12,211 nt of DNA, taken from a virus. This document shows positions 1-6,974 of the stretch, one piece after another. Position numbers and translations under genes: made by a program. The stretch's first letter is position 1. Every line of letters starts with the position of its first letter. A model generated the notes under the pieces. The model saw nothing but the letters and a program-made list of their open reading frames with translations. It had not been told where the DNA came from and ran no database searches. Location: UHGV virus genome UHGV-1627304; one strand, given 5' to 3'.

Positions 1-397
1 CGGCAATTGCGAGCTGGTTTTCCAGTTGCATTTTCTGCTCAGCAAGATCAGCAGCAAGGCGCAACGCTTCTGGTAGCGTTTTGGGGATATTAACCGCAGC
101 TTCTTCAAGCTCTCGCCAGCGGTCAACAAGGCGAGCGGTGAACTCTGGCGACAACTGGGCAACAACGACAATACTGTCTCGCTTACCTTGTTCGCCCTCG
201 AAGACGTAATGCTCGTACTGAACATTGAACCCTAAGTTATTGATTCTTTCGGAAACCTCAATTTGAGGAAGCCGGATAACACCATTTTTAGCCAGCGTTT
301 CGATGGTACGTTTCACATTGTCATGACGCTTACCCACCAACTCAGCGATTTCAATGCTTGTCATTTTGATGGCATTGCCATTCATTAACTCACTCAT
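1..397 (-). CDS. Rha-family phage regulatory protein / antirepressor, N-terminal 132 aa (3' end beyond window start)
   Basis: Own translation of minus strand from ATG at 397..395: [48 protein letters not shown]... The IAELVGKRHDNV motif is typical of the phage Rha N-terminal domain. ATG overlaps the ninF stop (ATGAGTGA). Not in the ORF track because it is truncated by the window edge. Confidence 0.7.
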   Translation of the reverse strand, partial: MSELMNGNAIKMTSIEIAELVGKRHDNVKRTIETLAKNGVIRLPQIEVSERINNLGFNVQYEHYVFEGEQGKRDSIVVVAQLSPEFTARLVDRWRELEEAAVNIPKTLPEALRLAADLAEQKMQLENQLAIA

Positions 398-560
398 CGT
401 CTTCTTCCTCGTACATTGAGCTATTCGGATCGCTCATCAGTTCTGCGCAGCAGTGCTCACACACGTGAACTTCCAGCACATGCAGCTTCTTACCGCAGTT
501 AGCGCACGTTAAAGCCCGCTCGACACTTCCTTGTTCGTAACTTCGATTTTGGTCAATCAC
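390..560 (-). CDS. ninF: NinF-like protein (56 aa, GTG start)
   Basis: Own translation: (V/M)[55 protein letters not shown]. Cys-rich, matches my recollection of lambda NinF. GAGGA Shine-Dalgarno 6-7 nt upstream of GTG; GTGA overlap with ninE stop. Absent from the ORF track (under 60 aa). Confidence 0.65.
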   Translation of the reverse strand: MIDQNRSYEQGSVERALTCANCGKKLHVLEVHVCEHCCAELMSDPNSSMYEEEDDE

Positions 561-739
561 CTTGTTTTCCTCGCACGTTCTCTAAGCCACCGGATATCCC
601 ACAGGTGAGCCGTGTAATTGAAGGTTTTTACGTCAGATTCTTTTGGGATTGGCTTGCGTTTATTTCTGGAGCGTTTCGTTGGAAGGTATTTGCAGTTTTC
701 ACAGATTATGTCGGTGATACTTCGTCGCTGTCTCGCCAT
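557..739 (-). CDS. ninE: NinE protein
   Basis: 60-aa [55 protein letters not shown]... closely matches lambda NinE as recalled. Strong AAGGAGG SD upstream. 34-nt overlap with ninD, as in lambda. Confidence 0.85.
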   Translation of the reverse strand: MARQRRSITDIICENCKYLPTKRSRNKRKPIPKESDVKTFNYTAHLWDIRWLRERARKTR

Positions 740-879
740 ACGTCCTCCTTTTCCTGCGGTAGTGGTAAAACTCCTGTTGGTGTTCTTTCACACCGGAGAC
801 ACCATCGATTCCAGTAAGGTTGATTTGGTCTGAAGCGGTTATCTTCTTTGCATTCACCGCACCGATCACATCGCATCAT
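706..879 (-). CDS. ninD: NinD protein (57 aa, Cys-rich)
   Basis: Internal start of the 77-aa track ORF: [61 protein letters not shown] overlap with the ninB stop fixes the start at 879. Length and position match lambda ninD. Confidence 0.75.
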   Translation of the reverse strand: MMRCDRCGECKEDNRFRPNQPYWNRWCLRCERTPTGVLPLPQEKEDVWRDSDEVSPT

Positions 880-1316
880 GCTGCCCGGTCTCCCCATCGC
901 GCTTTCCATTCGAGAGCCAGTCGCGCTTCGTCTGACCACTTAACGCCACGCTCTGTACCGAATGCCTGTATAAGCTCTAATAACTCCGCAAATTCGCTTA
1001 CACGCATCCTGCTGGTTGACTGGCCTATTACCACAAAGCCATTCCCGGCAAGGTTAGGAACAACGTCCTGCTGCTTTAATGCAGCTGTAAAAACGCACTT
1101 CCAGCTTTCTGCATCCAGCCAGCGACCATGCCATTCAACCTGACGAGAGACGTCACCAAGGCAAGCCCAAAGCTTTCGATTCTGGTCTAAGCTGCGGTTG
1201 CGTTCCTGAATGGTTACTACGATTGGTTTGGTTGGGTCTGGAAGAATTTGCTGTACCGCGTGAATAGCGTTTTGCTGATGTGCTGGAGATCGAATTTCAA
1301 AGGTTAGTTTTTTCAT
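876..1316 (-). CDS. ninB: NinB recombination protein (146 aa)
   Basis: [55 protein letters not shown]... is near-identical to lambda NinB as recalled. Start taken at the internal Met (track ORF begins 6 codons upstream at 1334). Confidence 0.9.
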   Translation of the reverse strand: MKKLTFEIRSPAHQQNAIHAVQQILPDPTKPIVVTIQERNRSLDQNRKLWACLGDVSRQVEWHGRWLDAESWKCVFTAALKQQDVVPNLAGNGFVVIGQSTSRMRVSEFAELLELIQAFGTERGVKWSDEARLALEWKARWGDRAA

Positions 1317-1331
1317 GACTTCCCTCTCCCC

Positions 1332-1364
1332 CAAATAAAAAGGCCTGCGATTACCAGCAGGCCT
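1332..1364 (-). terminator. Intrinsic terminator on the minus strand between helicase and ninB (tR2-like position)
   Basis: Minus-strand read: aggcctgc-tggtaatc-gcaggcct followed by TTTTTATTTG. 8-bp GC-rich stem, 8-nt loop, T-tract. Confidence 0.6.
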
Positions 1365-1389
1365 GTTATTAGCTCAGTGATGTAGATGG

Positions 1390-2766
1390 TCATACGTCAG
1401 CCCCTTGTGCATATCGTCTGCCACGCGCAGCAGGTGCATTTGATGCTGTGCAAATCTGTCTGGCTTCATCCTGGTCACATGCAACAAAGTGTCCGTTACA
1501 GAACCGCTGGTAAACCGTACCAAGCGAGCCAAAACGGTTTTTCGTCACGATGATTTCAGCAAATGGCGCGGCGCTACTGTTCTCGTCATATACCGCTTCC
1601 CGATAGAGCATGATGATTGAGTCTGCGTCCTGCTCAATGCTTCCTGAATCACGCAAATCTGCGTTTGTCGGGCGTTTGTTTGGTCGCTTCTCAACATCGC
1701 GCGAAAGCTGACTTAGGGAGATCACAGGCGTTTTCAGGTCTTTCGCCATCGCCTTAAGGCTTCCGGAGATGTGAGCAATTGCGAGGTCGTTGCGATCTGC
1801 TTTCGGCTTCTCAATCAGGCCAAGATAATCCACCATGATGAGTGAGAGGTTTGGATTTTCCTGTTTGTGCCGTTCTGCGATTGAGCGTATTTCTTCGACC
1901 GATAACCGCGAGGCATCGACTACCCATACATCCAAATCTGCAAGCTGACTCATGCCGTTAGCAACGCGCGCCCAGCCTTCGTCATCCATCGCTGCAGGAT
2001 TTCGCAGCACACTAACCGACATCCTCCCGGCGTTGGCAATGCTTCGCTCTGCAATCTGCAATGCGCTCATTTCCATTGAGAAAATCAATACCCCGCGCCG
2101 GACGTCAGAACCAGGAATAACGCGGCTTGCAACGCCTTCGGCAATCTTCAGCGCCAGTTCGGTTTTCCCCATACCAGGACGAGCAGCGATTATCACCAGG
2201 TCTTCCGCGTTCATCCCTCCGGTGATGGCATCAAGTTCTTCGATTCCGGTCTTCAGGGTATCGGACTCTTCTCCGTTCCTCAGACGCCTGTCAAGCGTGT
2301 CAGTGTAGTCAGTAATGATTTCCCCTAACCGTACAGGTTTTACCTCGTCACGGGGCTTTCTGATGGCTGAAAGACGCTTTACAAGTTCATCCATCGCCTG
2401 ACTCGATGCGTCGATGGTTCCGCTCTGAATTGGTTCACGCATTTCATCCATGATTTCCAGCACCAGTCGGCGGTGATAGTTATCCGCGACCATTCCGGCA
2501 TATCCCTTCAGGTTTGCGGCACTCGGGCAGTTTTTGCTGGTCATCAGGATTGACGTGAAATGCTCCTCTCCGCACGCCTCGGCAACCATCAGTGCGTCGA
2601 TTAGGTTTCTGTTTCGCGCCTGCTTGCGGATAACCTCGAAGGCTTTCCGGTAGAGCGGAATTGAAAACGCTTCCGGCTCCAGCGTTGCCAGAACGTCACT
2701 GGCGGTTGGTGTTAATCCACCAATCAGCAGGCCACCGATAACGCTCGCTTCGATATCCTGTCTCAT
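1390..2766 (-). CDS. DnaB-family replicative DNA helicase (phage P22 gene 12-like), 458 aa
   Basis: Walker A motif [10 protein letters not shown]; overall DnaB-like architecture and length. Not lambda P (a helicase loader). ATGA overlap with the upstream O-like gene. Confidence 0.9.
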   Translation of the reverse strand: MRQDIEASVIGGLLIGGLTPTASDVLATLEPEAFSIPLYRKAFEVIRKQARNRNLIDALMVAEACGEEHFTSILMTSKNCPSAANLKGYAGMVADNYHRRLVLEIMDEMREPIQSGTIDASSQAMDELVKRLSAIRKPRDEVKPVRLGEIITDYTDTLDRRLRNGEESDTLKTGIEELDAITGGMNAEDLVIIAARPGMGKTELALKIAEGVASRVIPGSDVRRGVLIFSMEMSALQIAERSIANAGRMSVSVLRNPAAMDDEGWARVANGMSQLADLDVWVVDASRLSVEEIRSIAERHKQENPNLSLIMVDYLGLIEKPKADRNDLAIAHISGSLKAMAKDLKTPVISLSQLSRDVEKRPNKRPTNADLRDSGSIEQDADSIIMLYREAVYDENSSAAPFAEIIVTKNRFGSLGTVYQRFCNGHFVACDQDEARQICTASNAPAARGRRYAQGADV

Positions 2767-3584
2767 GCAATCCCCCTGTCTGCAAACTTCCCTTCCCGAA
2801 CTCCCGTTAACGAGTCTTCTCTCAGCAGGTAATCAAAATCAGCCGTCCAGCCCGTGTCGTTGTCTCCGAAGTAAAACGGCTTGGCCTGATGCACAAACGC
2901 CCTGACATACGCTCTGAAACCGTCCACGTTTGGCGTTTTCAGTTGCGGGATGATTTTCTTCAGGCGGCGTTTGCGTTTCTCGTTGACCGCAACAGCGTGT
3001 GGCAGTCTGTCACCGACTTCGGTGTTGTAAGCGTTCAGGAAGGATTCGTAGTCGATTCGTTCTGCCTTGCGACGTTCAGGTTTAACCTGCCCATCGCCGC
3101 CCCCGTTAGGGGGTAAGGGGGTATTTGTATTTATTGTCTTTTGTATATTGTCTTTTGTGTTTAGCTGACTTGGCTTATACCCATTAGCCGACTTGGCTAA
3201 TGTTTTATTAGCTGTTTTAGCTAATGTTAAGCTGTCCTGGCTAATCCACTGAGAAACCACCTTGTTCACTCCGATTTTCACGCCATCAGCAATGAGGAAT
3301 TTACGCTCAATAAGCTGGCGCTTGGCAGCGCAAACATGAGTGTGATGAATACCTGTCATGGCTGCTATCTGCGTGTTTGTGAGTCGATCCATCGGCTTAT
3401 TGAATCCGTATGTCTTGCGCATGATAGCGAGCATCACCTTCAACTGCCGGACGGTTAAATCAGCCATCAGCAGACTGTCGGTAATCTCGTTAGCAACGCG
3501 CATGAAACCATCTTCGGTATCTGCCACGCGATGCTCCACGACCTCCAGTTGAGGCCTGTAATCAGCTAACTTAACGACGCCCAT
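2763..3584 (-). CDS. Replication initiation protein, lambda O / P22 gene 18 family (273 aa)
   Basis: N-terminal region ([38 protein letters not shown]) resembles the lambda O N-terminus (ADLTKRQFKVLLAILRKTYGWNKPMDRITDSQL, from memory). Iterons and an AT-rich tract lie inside the gene, as in lambda ori. Confidence 0.85.
   Translation of the reverse strand: MGVVKLADYRPQLEVVEHRVADTEDGFMRVANEITDSLLMADLTVRQLKVMLAIMRKTYGFNKPMDRLTNTQIAAMTGIHHTHVCAAKRQLIERKFLIADGVKIGVNKVVSQWISQDSLTLAKTANKTLAKSANGYKPSQLNTKDNIQKTINTNTPLPPNGGGDGQVKPERRKAERIDYESFLNAYNTEVGDRLPHAVAVNEKRKRRLKKIIPQLKTPNVDGFRAYVRAFVHQAKPFYFGDNDTGWTADFDYLLREDSLTGVREGKFADRGIA
3121..3245. repeat. Candidate replication origin: four ~19-bp iterons plus adjacent AT-rich tract, inside the O-like gene
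   Basis: Iterons read directly: 3161-3179 ttagctgacttggcttata, 3184-3202 ttagccgacttggctaatg, 3208-3226 ttagctgttttagctaatg, 3227-3245 ttaagctgtcctggctaat. Each has a TAGC...GCTA dyad. AT-rich 3121-3160 contains a direct repeat attgtcttttgt x2. Confidence 0.7.
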
Positions 3585-3732
3585 GTTTCACTCCTGCTTT
3601 GGCTAGTCTGTAAACACCAACAAGGCGCTCTGCGAACGCCCTGTTATTTGCTGCGGCTACCACTAATCCCTCAGGTGAATCAGGGTGTCGAATCTCTTCT
3701 TTTTCCTGGTATTTCTTACGACGTTTTGTCAT
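3571..3732 (-). CDS. Hypothetical small basic protein (53 aa) between cII/oop and the O-like gene
   Basis: Own translation: [60 protein letters not shown] 5 nt upstream of ATG at 3732; 3' end overlaps the O-like start by 14 nt. Under 60 aa, so absent from the ORF track. Confidence 0.4.
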   Translation of the reverse strand: MTKRRKKYQEKEEIRHPDSPEGLVVAAANNRAFAERLVGVYRLAKAGVKHGRR

Positions 3733-3744
3733 AATTACTCCTGT

Positions 3745-3820
3745 GGATTGATCCAGTAATGACCTCAGAATTCCATCTGGATTTGTTCAGAACGCTCGGT
3801 TGCCGCCGGGCGTTTTTTAT
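3745..3820 (+). ncRNA. oop: oop-like antisense RNA overlapping the 3' end of cII
   Basis: Plus-strand sequence ...gatccagtaatgacctcagaattccatctggatttgttcagaacgctcggttgccgccgggcgTTTTTTATT matches lambda oop RNA and its terminator hairpin as recalled. 5' end approximate; a possible -10 (ataatt, 3731-3736) lies just upstream. Confidence 0.65.
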
Positions 3821-4058
3821 TGGTGAGAATCGAAGCAACTTGTCGTGCCAATCGAGCCATGTCGTCGTCAACGACACCCCATTCAAGAACAGCAAGCAGC
3901 ATTGAGAACTTTGGAATCCAATCCCTCTTCCACCTGCTGATCTGCGACTTATCAACTCCCACAGCTTCCGCTGTCTTCTCAGTTCCAAGCATTGCGATTT
4001 TGTTAAGCAACGCACTCTCGATTCGTAGAGCCTCGTTGCGTTTGTTTGCACGAACCAT
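3765..4058 (-). CDS. cII: Transcriptional activator CII (97 aa)
   Basis: MVRANKRNEALRIESALLNKIAMLGTEKTAEAVGVDKSQISRWKRDWIPKFSMLLAVLEWGVVDDDMARLARQVA... is essentially lambda CII. Start at the internal Met with the classic TAAGGAAATACTTACATATG ribosome-binding region. Confidence 0.95.
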   Translation of the reverse strand: MVRANKRNEALRIESALLNKIAMLGTEKTAEAVGVDKSQISRWKRDWIPKFSMLLAVLEWGVVDDDMARLARQVASILTNKKRPAATERSEQIQMEF

Positions 4059-4075
4059 ATGTAAGTATTTCCTTA
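4035..4075 (+). promoter_or_regulatory. pRE-like promoter with CII-binding direct repeats TTGC-N6-TTGC
   Basis: ttgcgtttgtttgc at 4035-4048 on the + strand, within the cII 5' end, followed by aagtat as candidate -10. Matches lambda pRE architecture. Confidence 0.6.
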
Positions 4076-4137
4076 GATAACAATTGATTGAATGTATGCA
4101 AATAAATGCATACACCATAGGTGTGGTTTAATTTGAT

Positions 4138-4168
4138 GCCCTTTTTCAGGGCTGGGATGTGTAAGAGC
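4138..4168 (-). promoter_or_regulatory. nutR site (boxA CGCTCTTACA and boxB GCCCTGAAAAAGGGC on the minus strand); tR1-like region lies just downstream at about 4095-4128
   Basis: Plus strand shows gccctttttcagggc (4138-4152) and tgtaagagcg (4159-4168), the reverse complements of lambda nutR boxB/boxA. The cro-cII spacer matches the lambda tR1 region as recalled. Confidence 0.7.
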
Positions 4169-4176
4169 GGGGTTAT

Positions 4177-4386
<210 letters not shown>

Positions 4387-4399
4387 TTAGTACATGCAA

Positions 4400-4470
4400 C
4401 CATTATCACCGCTAGAGGTAAAATAGTCAACACGCACGGTGTTAGATATTTATCCCTCGCGGTGATAGAT
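4400..4470. promoter_or_regulatory. Right operator OR1-OR2-OR3 with divergent PR (minus strand, cro) and PRM (plus strand, cI)
   Basis: 17-bp sites read directly: OR1 4404-4420 tatcaccgctagaggta, OR2 4428-4444 caacacgcacggtgtta, OR3 4451-4467 tatccctcgcggtgata. PR -10 (gataat) and -35 (ttgact) on the minus strand at 4402-4407 and 4425-4430. cI ATG at 4478 directly follows the PRM region (leaderless arrangement as in lambda). Confidence 0.85.
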
Positions 4471-4474
4471 TTAA

Positions 4475-5191
<717 letters not shown>

Positions 5192-5209
5192 TTTTAAGGA
5201 AATATCTTC

Positions 5210-5650
5210 ATGAGAGAAGAAAAAATAATAACAATCTACACAACGGCGGTAAAACCCGGGCTGGCAATCACTCCTTTTATGACACCAGATCCTATAATAG
5301 TGTCGGAAGAATACCCTTGTTCCGGCTCATTTTACCTAACTGCAATAATGTACTTCGAGCACGAAAAAAAATACACTACCGAACTTGATGTCGTATTCAA
5401 TGGAGAATCGGTTTTACCTGATATCTCTAGCAATCAAGAGCAACTGCAAACATTTATGTTTTCTCCTGTCAATGAAAAATATGTTGTGGTTGGCACATAT
5501 CTTTTCGTTAAAAACATCAAACTTATAGAAACAGGAACATATGACATAATTTATCGCATCTTTGAAGACATTGATGGTAATCTTAGCGAAGTTATTGATG
5601 AAAAAAAATGCGCTCTTATTTCAACCACCCCGAACAGAGATAAGGAATGA
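5210..5650 (+). CDS. Hypothetical protein (146 aa, no predicted TM segment), first gene of a two-gene cassette at the rexA/rexB position
   Basis: ORF starts 19 nt after the cI stop with AAGGA SD; ATGA overlap with the next gene. Visibly AT-rich. No motif I recognise; not RexA-like in size or sequence. Confidence 0.75.
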   Translation: MREEKIITIYTTAVKPGLAITPFMTPDPIIVSEEYPCSGSFYLTAIMYFEHEKKYTTELDVVFNGESVLPDISSNQEQLQTFMFSPVNEKYVVVGTYLFVKNIKLIETGTYDIIYRIFEDIDGNLSEVIDEKKCALISTTPNRDKE

Positions 5651-6003
5651 AACGACATCTGTACGCTGTGCCTCTTGACAGGAGTAAAGTTGATAATTTT
5701 CCACATAACCACCATAATGATGAGACATATGGTGGTGGTAACGGTGGAGGTGGTGACATGTTACAGCGCATAAAAATTCTTGAAGATAAAGTCGCAACCA
5801 TGGCGACCGACATCGCTGTAATTAAGTCTAACTATGCAACATCTGCCAATGTAGAATCTGTTAAAACAGACATAGCTAATGCAAAAGCAGAACTTCACAG
5901 CGCAATGAGACTCCAAGCCATGGCTATTATTGGTTCAGTTCTTGCAGCCGTTGGAACTGGTGTTGGGTTAATAATAAAAATGATGCCATCACTACCTCAC
6001 TAA
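5647..6003 (+). CDS. Hypothetical small membrane protein (118 aa from ATG 5647, or 82 aa from ATG 5758): His/Gly-rich N-terminus, predicted coiled-coil, C-terminal hydrophobic helix
   Basis: Translation MKRHLYAVPLDRSKVDNFPHNHHNDETYGGGNGGGGDMLQRIKILEDKVATMATDIAVIKS...LQAMAIIGSVLAAVGTGVGLIIKMMPSLPH. Hydrophobic stretch AMAIIGSVLAAVGTGVGLII near the C-terminus. An internal in-frame ATG at 5758 has a better SD (GGAGG, 7-nt spacing). Followed directly by a terminator. Confidence 0.7.
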   Translation: MKRHLYAVPLDRSKVDNFPHNHHNDETYGGGNGGGGDMLQRIKILEDKVATMATDIAVIKSNYATSANVESVKTDIANAKAELHSAMRLQAMAIIGSVLAAVGTGVGLIIKMMPSLPH

Positions 6004-6015
6004 GAATCTACACAA

Positions 6016-6040
6016 CCCGGCCTCAGCGCCGGGTTTTCTT
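6016..6040 (+). terminator. Intrinsic terminator ending the cI operon (timm-like)
   Basis: cccggc-ctcagc-gccggg stem-loop (6016-6033) followed by TTTTCTTT. The flanking sequence matches the lambda region between rexB and PL as recalled. Confidence 0.75.
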
Positions 6041-6194
6041 TGCCTCACGATCCCCCAAAAAACGCATAACCAATTGTATTTATTTCAAAATTAATAGATA
6101 CAACTCACTAAACATCGCAATTCAGATCTCTCGATCACCTTCCCAATCCACACAACCCTGCAAAAAAATAAATCTATATAAAAAACATACAGAT

Positions 6195-6264
6195 AACCAT
6201 CTGCGGTGATAAATTATCTCTGGCGGTGTTGACATAAATACCACTGGCGGTGATACTAAGCACA
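6195..6264 (+). promoter_or_regulatory. Left operator OL3-OL2-OL1 with PL promoter
   Basis: OL3 6195-6211 aaccatctgcggtgata, OL2 6215-6231 tatctctggcggtgttg, OL1 6239-6255 taccactggcggtgata. PL -35 ttgaca 6229-6234 and -10 gatact 6252-6257. Classic lambda PL sequence. Confidence 0.85.
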
Positions 6265-6297
6265 TCAGCAGGACGCACTAACCACCATTGAAGGTGA

Positions 6298-6328
6298 GGC
6301 TCTTAAAAATTTAGCCCTGAAGAAGGGC
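6298..6328 (+). promoter_or_regulatory. nutL site (boxA-like GCTCTTAAAAA, boxB GCCCTGAAGAAGGGC)
   Basis: boxB hairpin gccctgaagaagggc at 6314-6328 with boxA-like sequence just upstream, in the PL leader ahead of N. Confidence 0.7.
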
Positions 6329-6438
6329 GGCATTCAAAGCAGAAAGCTTTGAGTAGCGCGAAATGCAGCTGCAAGACAGCAACCGTGGAGATAAGCATCA
6401 CGGCGCGTTACTCAAAGCTAACTGACAGGAGAATCCAG

Positions 6439-6771
6439 ATGGATGCACAAGCACGCCGCCGCGAACGTCGCGCAGAGAAACAGGCTCAATGGAAAGCAGC
6501 AAATCCCCTGTTGGTTGGGGTAAGCGCAAAACCAGTTAACCGCCCTATTCTCTCGCTGAATCGCAAACCGAAATCACGAGTAGAAAGCGCACTGAATCCG
6601 ATAGACCTTACGGTGCTGGCTGAATACCACGAACAGATTGAAAGCAACCTGCAACGTATTGAACGCAAGAATCAGCGCACATGGTACAGCAAGCCACGCA
6701 GTGAAATGGGTGTGACTTGTGTTGGTCGCCAGAAGCAACGCGGAAAATCAATTCCAGCTTATTACGATTGA
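6439..6771 (+). CDS. N: Antitermination protein N (110 aa)
   Basis: MDAQARRRERRAEKQAQWKAANPLLVGVSAKPVNRPILSLNRKPKSRVESALNPIDLTVLAEYHEQIESNLQRIERKNQRTWYSKP... matches lambda N (arginine-rich boxB-binding motif at the N-terminus); C-terminal ~20 aa diverge. Start at 6439 with GGAGAA SD, not the upstream ATG at 6349. Confidence 0.9.
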   Translation: MDAQARRRERRAEKQAQWKAANPLLVGVSAKPVNRPILSLNRKPKSRVESALNPIDLTVLAEYHEQIESNLQRIERKNQRTWYSKPRSEMGVTCVGRQKQRGKSIPAYYD

Positions 6772-6779
6772 GGTGAGCC

Positions 6780-6917
6780 ATGCTCAAGAAAGTCAAACGC
6801 CGACTTTACAAAGAAGGTAGATATTCATGCCAGTTGCCAAAATGCGACACAACAAAATGGAGTGTCGATGATTGGTGTAACTGGATAGATAGATACGGAA
6901 CTTGGTGGGATAAATAA
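6780..6917 (+). CDS. Hypothetical small Cys/Trp-rich protein (45 aa)
   Basis: Own translation: MLKKVKRRLYKEGRYSCQLPKCDTTKWSVDDWCNWIDRYGTWWDK. GAGGTGAG SD-like sequence upstream; begins 9 nt after the N stop. Weak call on size alone. Confidence 0.3.
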   Translation: MLKKVKRRLYKEGRYSCQLPKCDTTKWSVDDWCNWIDRYGTWWDK

Positions 6918-6974
6918 CAGGTAACTTAAGCGTATTTACTTTCGCAGCAAACCACTTATTTGAGAGGAATTAAT

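Noticed and set aside
605-1143. Plus-strand ORFs 605-817, 618-833 and 820-1143
   Set aside because: Antisense to ninE/ninD/ninB, which are supported by homology and coupled gene organisation.
1952-2308. 118-aa plus-strand ORF inside the helicase gene
   Set aside because: Antisense to a strongly supported long CDS; typical spurious ORF in GC-biased coding sequence.
1390-2766. Considered calling this lambda P
   Set aside because: The protein has a Walker A motif and DnaB-like length and layout; lambda P is a helicase loader, not a helicase.
2889-3552. Plus-strand ORFs 2889-3116 and 3358-3552 inside the O-like gene
   Set aside because: Antisense to the initiator CDS; no SD or functional context.
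3716-4051. 111-aa minus-strand ORF overlapping cII in another frame
   Set aside because: Overlaps the well-supported cII reading frame and the oop region; no independent support.
5616-5813. 65-aa minus-strand ORF antisense to the cassette
   Set aside because: Proline-rich translation typical of antisense to a Gly-rich coding stretch; no start context.
5210-6003. Considered whether these two genes are simply rexA and rexB
   Set aside because: Sizes (146 and 118 aa) and sequences do not fit RexA (279 aa) or RexB (144 aa, multi-pass membrane) as I recall them; the second protein has one hydrophobic helix, not several.
6349-6438. Upstream in-frame ATG extending N to 140 aa
   Set aside because: Lambda N begins MDAQ..., and the ATG at 6439 has a proper SD; the upstream stretch spans the nutL leader.
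6486-6796. Minus-strand ORFs 6486-6668 and 6608-6796
   Set aside because: Antisense to N.
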